Shown here in pieces: positions 1 to 13,265 of a stretch of DNA of 64,000 nucleotides (position 1 is its first letter; every line of letters begins with the position of its first letter). The position numbers and the translations under genes are program-made. Source of the DNA: Lytechinus pictus (Eukaryota); contig NC_087252.1 in the NCBI RefSeq assembly GCF_037042905.1, positions 6,822,001 to 6,886,000 of the forward strand, written 5' to 3'. The notes under the pieces were generated by a model that saw only the letters and a list, made by a program, of their open reading frames with translations, searched no databases and had not been told where the DNA came from.

Positions 1-117
1 CAGTCGCTATATATCGCGATTTGTGCCGCTGGTTTGCGCTTGTAGATTTGCAAGCGTTAGGAACTTGTCGCTCGCATTGATTGGCCAGGATATCGAAAAT
101 TTAATCGGAAAGCCTTG

Positions 118-309
118 AGTGTGTGTGTGTGTGTGTGTATTTGAGTTTTGTCAGACGTGTATCAATCAGATATGATTATTTACGTCTGGGACCGACCTTT
201 AACGTCACCATCCGAAAGACGTGACCGGGGCTCGAACCTCGAACCTCTGCATCAATTTGTAACTTCCCCACATAGCTTGGATTACAGGCGCACGCCACAA
301 CGCCCAGTT
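118..309 (-). mobile_element. SINE copy 1: 7SL/Alu-like head, B-box, Deu/Nin-like core, (CA)n tail
   Basis: Minus strand reads AACTGGGCGTTGTGGCGTGCGCCTGTAATCCAAGCTA...GGTTCGAGCCC...GTCTTTCGGATGGTGACGTTAAA...(CA)n; repeated at 324-506. Confidence 0.75.
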
Positions 310-323
310 GTGAAGTGCAAGTA

Positions 324-506
324 GTGTGTGTGTGTATTTGAGTTTTGTCAGACGTGTATCAATCAGATATGATTATTTACGTCTGGGACCGACCTTTAAC
401 GTCACCATCCGAAAGACGTGACCAGGGCTCGAACCTCGAGCCTCTGCATCAATTTGTAACTTCCCCGCATAGCTTGGATTACAGGCGCACGCCACAACGC
501 CCAGTT
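324..506 (-). mobile_element. SINE copy 2 (head-to-tail with copy 1)
   Basis: About 3 substitutions relative to copy 1, shorter CA tail. Confidence 0.75.
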
Positions 507-929
507 GATAAAAGCACAACTCGTTGAACGTAGAGGGCAGCAACACACGGCTGCCATTTTTTCCTCTCCGGCAGAAAATTAAAAAAATAAGGAATAAATC
601 ATCGGTAATGTACATTTTCGATATTTTCTTAGAACTCATATAGTATCAAAAGAAAGATTAGAGTCTAACGAAAATAGTGGGCCTTCGTTCAAGATAATAT
701 AATGTCATTTAGAATTAACAAAAAAAATCTGGACAAAACCCGGTCGCCCGAATTGCTGACCTGATTACACATGCAGGCTCGCACTAACACACTGCCGTCG
801 GTGAATGGGGATTAAAGTAAAATGTCAGAAATTGTTAAATAAATCCTCAGAAACGACGGTTATTCCTGTCCAGTGGCTGTTAAACTAAGTTTCGTTGCAC
901 GTGTTATACACGGCTGGTGCGGCACGGCG

Positions 930-1397
930 GATCGGAGAGAGGGGAAATAATATTTCGTGGGAACGAAATAATATTTCATGGGAACGAAATAGTATTGCGT
1001 GGGAACGAAATCGTATTTCGTGGGAACGAAATAATATTTCGTGGGAACGAAATAATTTTGCGTGGCCACGAAATAATATTGCGTGGGAACGAAATAATAT
1101 TTCGTGGGGAACGAAATAGTATTTCGTGGGAGCGAAATAATATTGCGTGGCCACGAAATAGTATAGATCGGAGAGAGGGGAAATAATATTTCGTGGGAAC
1201 GAAATAATATTGCGTGGGAACGAAATAATATTGCGTGGGAACGAAATGATATTTCGTGGGAACGAAATAGTATTTCGTGGGAACGAAATAATATTGCGTG
1301 GCCACGAAATAGTATATCGAGGGAACGAAATAATATTGCGTGGCCACGAAATAGTATTTCGAGGGAACGAAATAATATTTCGTGGGAACGAAATAAT
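930..1397. repeat. 21-bp minisatellite (CGAAATAATATTTCGTGGGAA)n, ~20 units
   Basis: Directly visible tandem units with internal dyad CGAAAT..ATTTCG; explains the repetitive ORFs at 860-1461. Confidence 0.95.
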
Positions 1398-2479
1398 GTA
1401 CGGAGAATTTTTCCCCTCATGTCACCTGGCGGGCTCCGTACGTTTAAGTGATTTTATTTAAAGGTAAATTGTGACATTGGTTTATTTCAAAACTTTGTTT
1501 AGATTTCACTCTTCGCTTTTCAAAATACTCATAAACAAGTTCTGAGTCCATAAAATGTATTGCATTGGCCAAAAGAACTGTTTTTATTCTCAAAAAAATA
1601 TATAAAGAAGAGAAATTTTGCCAAGTGAGCTTTCTTTTGATGGAGATTTTGAAATTGACATAAAAAATGAAGAGCGCCACCTTGAGACCAAATGACATCA
1701 ATACCTGCTCATGAATATTCATATCCATCGCCTCTGCGCTTGTCTCACGTGCCGATCTGTATACCGGCTATACAGTACAGTATCGGATTGAACGGCGGAG
1801 TCTATTTGCGACTTTTTCATTCATATCCTGTAGGAGCGTGTGCATTCGCCCAGTCCCTCGACGGCAAATTAAATAACTTGGAAACAACCAAGGAACTTTT
1901 TGAAATGACCATCATAATAATTGTGATGTTATGCACGTTGTTTTTCATATCGCGGAGAATAGGTCCTACGTACATCTTGATATCTGGGCAGAGTACCAGG
2001 TACCGAGAGACGGCTTTCTTCCCTTTCCTTGCTTTTCATATTTGCTTCGTTTCTCTAGCTGTATTTTTTTTTCTTTACTTGTCCAGGGTATGAAGGGAGG
2101 GAGAATTATGGTTGCTTGTGAAAGGGCTATTCTTAGTTTTTTTCCCGTTTTTTATTTCTATTTTATAATTATATTTACATACGCATTTTTGTTTCGATTC
2201 CGATTCACTGAATTGTTATCAATTTCTTCAGGTTCTGTATTTTGATTTGTTCATTATTATAACGTGTTGTAACAATTTTTTTAAAGGAAAAGGAAATCAT
2301 TTTGTATTGAACTAGTTTGGCCGCCATTTTTCATTATTTTGCTTTGTGCGTTATATAGGCCTATAAGATGCTCTTTCTCTTCCAGTGATTATTTGTCAAT
2401 ATACTGCCTCAATGTATTTATCACCAAAAAATGACAAATACCGCGTGGCCTATGCCTTTTTTTTTAAACAATATATTCT

Positions 2480-3199
2480 GGGGCGGATCCAGCTTTCACT
2501 AATAACGGGGCCGGGGTAAACAATATTTTCATCCACATTTTTCCCGATCGATCGGCAGCTCAAAGCTAGTTTTTGTTGGAATCTATAGTCGTAACAGTAC
2601 TAAACCCTATAAAAAAATGCGAGCGTGAGGTATTATTTTCGGACTGTGTATTGTGTCCTGAAAATTGATCTGAGCAATATGATCATTAAACAAGATGCAC
2701 ACTGACGGATAAGGTGCTCAAAAATTTGAATAAGTAAAGGCCTATTTAGTTCCCTTGTTCGTTTTACTATAAGCCCTTCAACAATATTTCCGTGTTTTGT
2801 ATTACATTGATCAGTTAATATTTCTTTATGTCTCATACTATTTTGATATGAATTATACCTTGTTATTGTACTTGTTACTATGATTTTATATACTAATAAC
2901 TCTGAACTTGTGAACCTGTTTAACCATGACTGAATGAATAAATCAATAAATGAATTGGTATAGATGAATAGATGTTCCATCGAACAGGCAATGCGAACAC
3001 AAAGCGCGGGCTAAATTGTTTTTATACATGTGTAGTGACATGATTGGCTCCCACCCCTCCCCAAGTCTGAATTCCCCTCACCTTTTTGTATTCATTCTTC
3101 CTCTTATATTTTGTCCCCCCCCCCTCTGCTTTCGTTCATATTACTTTGCGCCGCCAATATCGGGGGGGGGGCGTAACGTCGGCCTCCTGGATCCGCCTA
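2480..3199. mobile_element. MITE-like element with GGCGGATCCAG inverted ends
   Basis: GGGGCGGATCCAG at 2480 and CTGGATCCGCC at ~3187; similar ends recur at ~6378, ~16267, ~50002. Confidence 0.5.
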
Positions 3200-3804
3200 T
3201 GATACCGGTGCGTAGGTCTGTATGTTATAACCATGTAACATCGATCCCCCTCCAAGTTTCTCTTTGTATTTTTCTTTTCAACTTGTTATGGTAGTATATA
3301 CTGAACAAGAACAAGTATGACGTCTCCTAGGTGCCTCTCCCTCCACCCACTCCTCCTCGGTCCGCTGCATGTGCTCGGATAATAAAATTACGTACTTATC
3401 ATGGTGATATATATATAGAATTGCAAAGTTTATTGCAAAAACTGCATTACTCGTGAATTTGTGTTTCGCATTTCTGATGTCTTATTAAATATATATATAT
3501 ATATATTCGAGGACATACAGCTAGGCGGAACTATTTGAGGGAAGGGATCTTCCATCTCTGTGTGATTCCGAAGTTCCGATGATGGTTCAGAGAATGTACT
3601 TCATGCAAAGTCACGTTTTGGCATGACCTCTCAGCGCTGGGCATATCGACGGACAAAAAAATGCAAACATGTGATGGATCGAAATGGTAAAAAATATATA
3701 TTTTAAAGAAAACCATCGTTATAAAATGCAGTCATACCAACATTTTTTTGTTAATACCAGTTTGAACTTAGATAAAAATTATAACCCGAGGCTATATTAG
3801 CAGC

Positions 3805-4790
3805 AGGGGCGGCGGAACCGGGTGGCGGCAGAGGCACTTAACCCCCTACATAAAAAATCCCAGTAGGAAAAAATGCCTTTTTTAAATGGAGAGTGCACTT
3901 ATTTCAAAATGATGTACATGTATGTCCCTTTTCAAAATAAAATACCCTTTTTGAAGTCAAACGATACATTTTAGGTTGGAAATCACAAAATTTTTGGCTC
4001 ACGCTTCGCGCCCACATCATTTATTTTTTAGGAAGGCACTCACTTTGTTTTGGTTACAACTTGTGCTTATAATGTTCAATTTTCAGGTTTAAATGTCACA
4101 AATCTTCAGCTCGCGCTTTCCGCTCGCATCAAAGGTACACATTATGTTCTTGGTTTCAAACTGCTTAGAATATCCAGTTTTCAGGTTGAAATATTACAAA
4201 TTTTCGGCTCGCGCTTCGCATCAATTATTATTTATTAAGACACACAATTAAGTTCTTGGGTTAAAAAAAGTGCTTTGAATGTCCAGTTTTCTGGTTGGAA
4301 TATCGCGCTCGCGTCCATTCTTCAATTAGATGCACATCTTTTTCATAACAAAATTGCTCGGAATGTTTGATTTTCATGTGTTATTAGTCATGTTAGTACA
4401 AGCAATGTCTAGAATTTATAGCTCGCGATTTGCGCTCTTAACACCTCGCAAGAATGCTCTTTTAACAATAATTTGCGCGATTTGACCAAAAAGCTGCGAA
4501 TTTCACAACTTCAGATTTGAAAATGTTCAAACTGCTTGCTTGCTACGCTCGCTCCCGGAAAAATAAAGCCTAAATAGATATTTTATCAATCAGAAAAGAC
4601 TTTAAAAAGGTTTTGCTCAATTTAATTACTACAAAACGCACAACTACTTAACACAGATGATAATCTCATGGTGAAAATATCAATTTGCATAAAAAATGCA
4701 ATTTTTTGCATATAAGTGCCTTTTTTTGCTTTGCCCCCCCCCCCAAAAAAAAAAAAAAAAAAAAAAATTGAAAATACGTTCCGTCGCCTA
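3805..4790. mobile_element. MITE-like element with internal degenerate CTCGCGCTTCGCGCTCG repeats
   Basis: GGCGGCGGAAC ... GTTCCGTCGCC inverted ends. Confidence 0.5.
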
Positions 4791-5129
4791 TATGATTCCG
4801 TCACCAATGGCACTCGCTGGTATTTGAATATATCATCATTTACACCCTCTCAAAGAAAGCAGACTTACTTTTGCCCTTTATTTTGCCCACAATGGAACTT
4901 ACAGGAAAGCATATCAAACAGGATGCAAATGGAGGTCTATTCAGCCGGACGTTATTTATACGCTTTGGAGTTTGGATTCTTGTTTGCCTAGAAAACGTAA
5001 AGTATTTTTATATTTTCATTACATCTTTGTCCTTATTTCTCTATATCCGTAGCTCTACCATGCGCGTATTCGGGGGCGCCAAAATAGGGAGAAAAGGGAA
5101 GGAAGAAAAGGGGTTGACGAATTGCTGTT

Positions 5130-5545
5130 TGACATGGGGGGGGGTGGATGCGCCGAATTGATGTTCAACCTAGAGTATGTATATAGCGGGTGCCGAATTT
5201 ATGTTTTGCTTAGGGGCGCCGAATTGATGTTCGACCTAGGGTGTGCCAAATTGATCTTCATCCTAGGGGGGGGGGGGGGGGCGAATTAATGTTTTACCTC
5301 GGGGCGCCGTATAGATGTTCGACATAGGGGCACCGAAATGATGTTTAACCTTGGGGATGGGGCGCCGAATAATTATTTTTCCTACATACGGTTGTCGAGT
5401 TGCTGTTTGACATATAGGGGCGCCGAATTGATGTTCAACCTAGGGGGTGCCGAATGGATATTCACCACACGCCAATTTGATATTTGTCTCGGTGCATCAA
5501 ATTCAGGTTCAATTTACCTAGGGAGGGGAGGGGGTGCCAAACTCA
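5130..5545. repeat. Degenerate ~27-bp tandem repeat (GGGGCGCCGAATTGATGTTCAACCTAG)
   Basis: About 10 diverged units visible. Confidence 0.75.
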
Positions 5546-5564
5546 TGTTTGCTCCCATCAATTA

Positions 5565-6330
5565 CCAATCCTGTTAAGGATTACCAAAAGTGCCTAGAAA
5601 GTCCTAATTTTAGATCAGAATATAAAAACAAATTCATCCTACTCTTCGCATTAATTGTTTAGTAAGGTGGCGATCCTGTTCATGGTAAGATAAGTGCTTA
5701 GAATGTCTGACTTTGTATCAAAATATATAGATTTTTATTCAGCTCGCGCTTCGCGCTCGCATAAACTGTTTTGTTACTGATCATCCTTTTCATGATAACC
5801 GAAAATGCTTACTCAAATGTCCAAATTTTAGGTAAGAATATTAAAAAAATTTCATCTCGCTCTTTGCGGACGCATCAATGTTTAGTTAGATGACAATCCT
5901 GTTCATGATTACCAAAAGTGCTTAGAATGTCCACATTTTAGGTCAAAATATCAATCACTTTTTAAGCTCGCGCTTCGCACTCGCACAAATTTACGAGGTC
6001 AGAATATAAAAAAATTTGAACTCGCGCTTAGCGTTCGCATTAATTATTTAGCTTTATACCCATCCTGTTCATGGTTATAAAAAGTGCTTATGATGTCCAG
6101 TGTTGGATTGGGAATTCAAAAATTGTCAGTTCGCACTTCGTGATCGCATAAAATGTTGATAGATACCCATCCTGTTCTTGATTGCCAAAAGTGCTCATAG
6201 ATTTTTTTCCCCCAAATTTTAGGTCAGAATATATAAAAAATTCAGCTCACGTTTCGCGCTCGTATCAATAATAATTGTTTAAATAATTCATATACATATC
6301 ATGTTCACGGTTGCAAAAAGCGTAGAATGT
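5565..6330. repeat. Degenerate ~100-bp tandem repeat (ATCCTGTTCATG..AAAAGTGCTTAGAATGTCC..GCTCGCGCTTCGCGCTCGCA)
   Basis: About 7 diverged units; same family as the interior of 3805-4790. Confidence 0.7.
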
Positions 6331-8237
6331 TTGATCGGAAAACAGATGAAAATATCCCCCTCCCCTATTGGCGAAAGCTGGATCTAGCCCCGGTTAAGAA
6401 ATTACAGCTCCCGCACATAATTTTAGTATGGTCTACCACTCTGATGAAAAGTTGAACTAAATTGAAACCCCAAAACGCTTAAAAATTCTATGCTTTCTGG
6501 TCGCATTTATTCTTTTCAAGAAGTGGATACAACTTTGATCTTTTTTTACATGGACACATTAAAAAAAATGGTCTTCGATTGCCTTTTACACGTGGTTGTG
6601 GAATAAGACAATTCAAAATGCATTTAGGCACTTTGATTGCCTGAGTGGTCGGGTCGGGTTGCAATTTTCCGAAAGGTTCACAGGAGCGCAAAAATAGTGA
6701 CCCCCTCGTGGTGCTAAATCCTGGATATGCGCATGTCCGTCGGGCATCGTTTCCACTTTTGTACCTCTTTATCTATACCGGTGTGATACTATATAAGTCC
6801 ATGGATCAGATCAGTTTACTTCCATTTCGTCTGATGCCAAATCGTCAAATTGCCAACTCGCCTACTATCATTAAAGTCTACCATAATTATGTTCATCCAC
6901 TATCGTCTAGTAACCAGTTGGTCCAATAGCCATTCAGTCCATATACCATTTGGTCTAATGGACAACGTGCTATTGTGCAAAATGAATGAAAATGAATTGG
7001 ATACTGGACCAAATAGTTGTTCGACGAAATATTGATGGACGGAATGGATATGGACTAAATTAAATCAGACCATGTGGTGAGTGCAAGTTGGCACTTGGCA
7101 GTCGACGACTTGGCAATTTATCAATGGACCTACTATAGGCCACTAAATTGAACTTGTCCGAGTGTGCCATAACACCTAAACTGCAGGCTTTCTCATATCC
7201 GATACCCCCCCCCCCCATCCCCCGCCGCCTCAAGAAAGGGAAGGGGGGCATGGAGGAGAGAGAAGAAATAAAGAAAGAAGTAGATTGTTGAAAGGGAATC
7301 AAAATAATATGAATCAAAGGGAATGTAAACGCAATTTAATACTCTGTTTGAATCGCTTTTCTTTCATGGAATTTATATTTTGAATACATCGTTTCATTTC
7401 AGCCTTTCTCATTATTTTACTTTCAACCCTGTATTTCATCAGCTTTACTATCAAAAGCCTGCGTAGCGAATTACAAAACGTCCCATCCTTGTTTCACCAC
7501 CCATGACATTACGTAATTATCATTTTATTATTATCATGTAATGAAATTCATACTGTGTTTACACGCTGCATCTGCTGTCAGTTTGACTACCTTGTAAATA
7601 TTTATTTATAAGGTAAAGCTTATTTCCAAGGTAATATTTATTTACAAGGTAAAGCCTATTTCCCCACTGGAAAATAGCTTTAGAGCTTTCGTGGGTCATC
7701 TTGTGTAAGCCTGTTGTTTTTAATGCTACTGTATATATATTATGGTGACTTGCGAAATAAAATCAATCAATCAATATTTTTTGACGATATTCAGTTGAAA
7801 TCAGTGGCGTTCAAAATAATGGGGAAGGATTGGGGCTATATGGATTCCCAAATTTGTCACGGCCAATACAAAAAGAAAGCGAGAAGGGGAACTAATATCT
7901 GAATATTATGTCAAAATCTATCACCGATAAAAAATGATTTGTGCCCGACACATATATCTGGCCCCTTAATTCATATTTTTTACGTTTATTATTTACGCCA
8001 ACGGTTGTATTCATGAATAGTTCAAGCATGGTTCCTAACATACTTCTGTATTTTTCGATGTTTACACAATTCCTAGCCTTGGGTTGGGGGTTGTGTGTAT
8101 TCCTTATGTTCGCATTTTTTAATGTTATTTTTCTATTTATTTCAATATTATCCTCTCCAACTTTATTATGGTATGACTATTCAAGGAATTATAATTACTC
8201 GTTTGCTTGCATGCTCCATGACCGCTTTGCCTTCACT

Positions 8238-8776
8238 CCGGGGGGGGGGGGGGCACTTAAATTGACGAGTGGATACCATGCACGACCCAAAAAACACGTA
8301 AAAAGGATGTCTTTTTGTCAAAAACACAAAAATATTGAAAAAAAGGTATCTATGTTGCTAGGAAAGCTACGTGTTTAGGGTCATATTTTCGGGGATGATG
8401 AAACAAAATTAAAATGTTTTATAAAGGATGTCCTTTTTGCCCCAACACTACGTGTTTAGAGTCCGACTTGCGCGAGTTGTGGAAGGTGGGGCCGTAATAA
8501 AACCAAAATAATGATGTGTAAAGGTAAAACCAACGACCGACGGACCCGACATAACAATAAAATATCGCTGTACTTGTTTAGGGGTTCATTTCGGGAATAC
8601 TTGCCAAGAGTATCGTTTTGTTTCCAATACTTGTTAAGGGTCGGTTTGAGACGCCAATACTTGTTAAGGGGTGCAGTTTCAGAATATGGAAAATACGTGT
8701 TTGGGTGCTTTTCGAGACCCCATGGTCGCGCATGGTATCCACTCGTCAATGGAAGTGCCCCCCCCCCCCCCCCCGG
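8238..8776. mobile_element. Non-autonomous DNA transposon, CCG(G)nCACTT termini, 8-bp TSD
   Basis: TIR CCGGGG..GCACTT..ATTGACGAGTGGATACCATGC mirrored at the right end; TSD CCTTCACT at 8230-8237 and 8777-8784; partial copy at ~29818-29940. Confidence 0.9.
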
Positions 8777-10858
8777 CCTTCACTTCTCTCAGTGCGTATT
8801 CAGAACTATTACTGTATTCTCATTGATCCCCCTGGAGTTGTAAAACACCCATAAAGGCAAAATATTATATTTTCATCGGCAGCACATGTGCATTACATCA
8901 TCATAAATTAAGTACATCAGGGTCCATGATCAGAAAAAGCGTATACCCATTAAACCTCGCCAGACGGGGCTTGCCCCAAAATAACAATTTTATTTTTGTC
9001 TCGTTTCGAAATTTCATTTTTATTTTGGCTGCTATATGCTTCAAGCACATATTTGCTTACTGTATATAGTTTGCCTCTGCATTTTACTCATTATATATAT
9101 ATTTTTTTATATATTGTATTTCTCTAGTCACTACATATAAGATTGTCACTTGTATTATGATCATGTCTCAAGCATTGTAAATTTGTTTTGTATATTATTC
9201 CAATAAATGCAAAAAAATCCTGCAAAAAAAGCCACATCACCACATAGTTGAACCATTCCAACCATTTCTACGATCAATACGATCGCCTCGACTGATCTGA
9301 TACGATTAATTATTCCGCGATTATAATTATGGCCCTTGGAACCGGGGGTGCAAAGCACCCCCAAGATTTTACAATGGGGTGCGGCGTGCATTATTTTCCA
9401 TGTAGGCAGCTCCCCCTGGAATTCTGGTATAGGTGTCGAATTGGATAAATGTAGGAAAATTACCAACATTTTGTATTGGAACCTTTTTTAATGTTTTTCT
9501 TTTGCTTTGTCAAATTTTCCTCAGCACCGCCACCAAAAAAAATCGTGACAGTGTGAACTTGGCACTTTTTTTTCAATCATAAAAAATGATTATATTATTT
9601 TCCCGCATGAGTTTTGAAATATTGACACGTACGCCAGAATCTCTTTGGTCCTAATATGAAGCATAAATTTCCACGTCTATAAAACAACAGTTATCATTCG
9701 TTTTTCCTATAGTTATAGCAGGGAAATGGGAGTTACAATTCCATTGATAAATAAGTCTAAAATGTTATGCCAATCAAGATGCAAGTCCCGGATGCAAGTC
9801 CCGGATGCAAGTAATGTCTTTGTCCTGCTCATGTCGCAGTCATTCACATTTTTTCAACGGTTGAACTGCTCGTGCACACTCTGTATGCGTATAGGCCTTT
9901 CCCGGAGGCCTTTCTTCCTCTCATTTGTTGCTATAAAATTTCATCTTTTTATCAATTCTTTCTACTTGTTTACTGTCTATGAAGGGGTAGCAAGTTAATC
10001 TCCCATGGGGTGCCCCTATCTATTGCTGCATCATTTGTATCCATTTCTCTTTGACCATCCATTTCTTGGGAAAATACATCAATTGGATGATCCATTTATA
10101 TATGCCTATCCATCCATTCTTTCAGTCATCCATCCACCGGTCGTGCTGATGGTTTGATTATAGCATGGACCTAATAGGTCCATGATTGTATAAAGGATAA
10201 AGCGCCCTACTATATCATTATAGGCTACCCCACCCCCTCCCCATACTACATAAAAACTCGGCGACCCATGGACTAAATGTACACATTTCAAAGCAGACGT
10301 AATGTACATGCACAATTCCCTTGTACATGTTGCACCTTGCTGCTTCTCCAGGTTTGCTTAGTCTTCTTTCACATACGTTGTTGCACTTTGCCCCCACGGC
10401 GTGCCTTGTAAAGTTCTGTTGTAAGACTCTACATGCTGGTCGGCCCTGGAAATCACAACTCTGAATACGTAGAGCGTTTCTAGACCATAGCACCGCGCAA
10501 TACTCAACTTCTCATTTTTCCATATCACAAGCTTTCTTGTGTGGATGCAAAAATAAGAGTTTTCCCAGAAATCTTGTCCCTGACGTCATGTCTGCCCCCC
10601 TCATTTTTTGACTCATGACGCCTTTACTCTGCTTGTTCGACCTTAAGCCGTTGGTCCCCTGGTTGCTTGCTCACAGGCATTCGTGCTTTCTTAGCAGTCA
10701 GGTAAAAACCTCGGCAACAGAAATAACAGAAATTTGCAACTTGATGCGTACGTTGGTCACATTCATGCTATCACGGTCTACACAATGTAGACTACACGTA
10801 CGTACTTCGCATCAACAGGTTTCTCAGCTCACCTTTTGACCTCGCGAGTTCAATCTAA

Positions 10859-11660
10859 GGGTGCGTTTATCCGCCACTTTTTCACCCTAGAATCATGATC
10901 TGAATCATGATTCAAATCATGATTCTGCAGAATCACGATTGCGTTTAGTCGAAATTGAATATAATCATGATTAGAATCACAAACATGAAACACCAAAAAA
11001 GGGGCGTTTGGAAAGACGTTTCTGCAGAATCACGTACGAAAATGTTCGAATAAACGATATCGTGATTTGAATCATGATTATATGACCTCACTGTGTCGGG
11101 CTACTTTCGGTTTGACTCTTGCCAAGCTCAGCTCATTGTATGTACATGATTACTCTGCATGCATTTCTTGTCATGTCCAAGTTCTGTGTTGGTCATCGCA
11201 TCGTCCACTACTTTTCATTTTTTGGTCATGTCTTCAACTTCAAGTTCTAGTAAATGAATTAACTGGACAGACAATGATCTCAGTTGTTGTTGAGTATAGA
11301 GTGTCAATATTAAATTGGATCTACGCTGAAATTCACTTCCGAACACCATTTTTGATAAATTGACAAGATGAATAGAAGCACATGGACCCTATATGATAGA
11401 AGTAAATAAAATTAGGTATAGACTGAATTCTGGAAGCAAAATATTTTTCGAGAGCCGAAGCACGTGCGAAAAACTTCCTCTGTCAAACTGCGCACTAGTG
11501 ATGCGCACTGGATTGGCCCGAATCTGAGGAGAAACAGCATTGGAATGAAGGTCGTCTAAACGCTGATTCTGTGATATCGTGATTCATGTTTGTGTTTTGA
11601 ATCATGATTCGAATCATGATTCAAATCATGATTCTGGCTTGAGGTCGCATAAACGCAGCC
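10859..11660. mobile_element. PIF/Harbinger-type MITE
   Basis: TIR GGGTGCGTTTAT / ATAAACGCAGCC, TAA on both flanks, subterminal palindromic GAATCATGATTC repeats. Confidence 0.85.
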
Positions 11661-11687
11661 TAAACAAACGAAGAGTAGTCAAGTGTT

Positions 11688-11932
11688 GCATTGGGATTGT
11701 ATCTTCGTTATGTTTTACTATAGGCCTATATTTAACCCCGCATTGGGGTTGCATCTTCGTTATGTTTTACTATAGGCCTATATTTAACCCCGCATTGGGA
11801 TTGCATCTTCGTTTTACTATAGGCCTATATTTAACCCCGCATTGGGGTTGCATATTCGTTATGTTTTACTATAGGCCTATATGATTGCATCTTCGTTATG
11901 TTTTACTATAGGCCTATATTTAACCCCGTATT
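11688..11932. repeat. ~52-bp tandem repeat, ~5 copies
   Basis: TTGCATCTTCGTTATGTTTTACTATAGGCCTATATTTAACCCCGCATTGGG repeated. Confidence 0.9.
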
Positions 11933-13227
11933 AAACAAACCCTGTTTTATATCGTAGAACCTGCTCTGAAAGTAATCGTTTTTCTCTTCGCCCTTTCCCT
12001 TCATGCTTGGCTGTAGACAGAATGGTGGTGGCCGTCTGTTTAGAGTTTTAAATATTTTTGGTCTAACTTTTTTTTCCAATTTCTCCTCTGTACTTTGCGA
12101 GTGGATCTAAATAATCTTAAACTGACTGAAACATTCAGGAAAGATTAAAAAACACCAAAATATCAAATTAGGGTATGTTGTATTCAGATCCCTTTATGAT
12201 GGCTCTCCTGATTCTCTTTCACCAATCCACTTCTTTCTTTCTTCTCTCTCCTCCCTCCCCCCTTTCCTTTGGGGAGGGCCAAGGAGTCAGTATACAGAGT
12301 ATACAGTAAGCTGCGCTAGCGCCTCGCCCTAGTTTCCGTATGTAGCACGCCAAGCTATACATGAAGGGAAAAGGTGCATAAAAGAGCTACGATCCACATG
12401 AATAAAGATCAAACTCGGAACTCGGCCCTTGCCCATCTCTGGGATTCTCGTATCTCTTTTAGTCTTGGAGTACTTTCAGATTCATGACATAAGATTCCGA
12501 AAGTAAGCCGTATTGGGCAATCCTTTGCTTCGTCATTCACGTCAGATAATCAACGTGTCTGAATCCTTTTCCACGCGTACGATACAATCATGGAACTATA
12601 GGCTCAATATAATATTCTTATCCTGTGTGTGCTATCGCAGATAGTGGATTATATCTGAAACTAAAGCAGAGCGCAAGCATGTCGCTAGCCGGCTAATTGA
12701 GCTTGCACGCACCGTTCGATGTTTGCTTTCTACTCAGCTACACACACAGAGTACTGCACATTGTTGATACGGGGATTTCTTAATACTGCGCATGCGCTAT
12801 GACGTATTTCATCAATATGCATGAGGTCGTAATGAATATGCATGATTCGAACAGTGTTCTAAGATCAATTTATTTTTTAACCCGAGAGGGCGTCAACAAG
12901 AAGGTCCACAGTCAAATAGGTTAACCGAGACGAGTTATAATATATGTTTCACCCCTCAATATCATGAAAATATGAAAGTTATGCAAGTTTCTTTTCCGTG
13001 ATAAAATAGAGCAATAATGTAGGTATTTAATTAATGTAATAATTTCAAAATTGATTCATTGCCCTTGTCTGAGATCAACCAATCATACACTATACCTTTA
13101 ACATTGAGTGAAATTAAACTCATAAATGCGGTATAGAATGTGATGCATGTTGTATACTCATGTTTAGGTGTAAAAATACACCTTGTAGAAGTGCATTTTA
13201 CCCGCCTATATGAGTTTTTTAAGGGTT

Positions 13228-13265
13228 TTACTCGAAACATCGAGTTCTGATTTTTTGTGCGTATG
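13228..13265 (-). CDS. Gene A terminal exon AYAQKIRTRCFE*
   Basis: Acceptor region homologous to the first kinase exon acceptor of gene B (57141); diverges after ~8 nt. Confidence 0.55.

Noticed and set aside
270..309. Human Alu contamination or a true 7SL gene
   Set aside because: Similarity is limited to ~40 nt; the rest is neither Alu nor the SRP S domain
930..1397. CRISPR-like array or repetitive protein ORFs
   Set aside because: No unique spacers; it is a simple 21-bp minisatellite whose length is a multiple of 3
9900..10850. Cys-rich short ORFs
   Set aside because: No motif, no consistent splice structure
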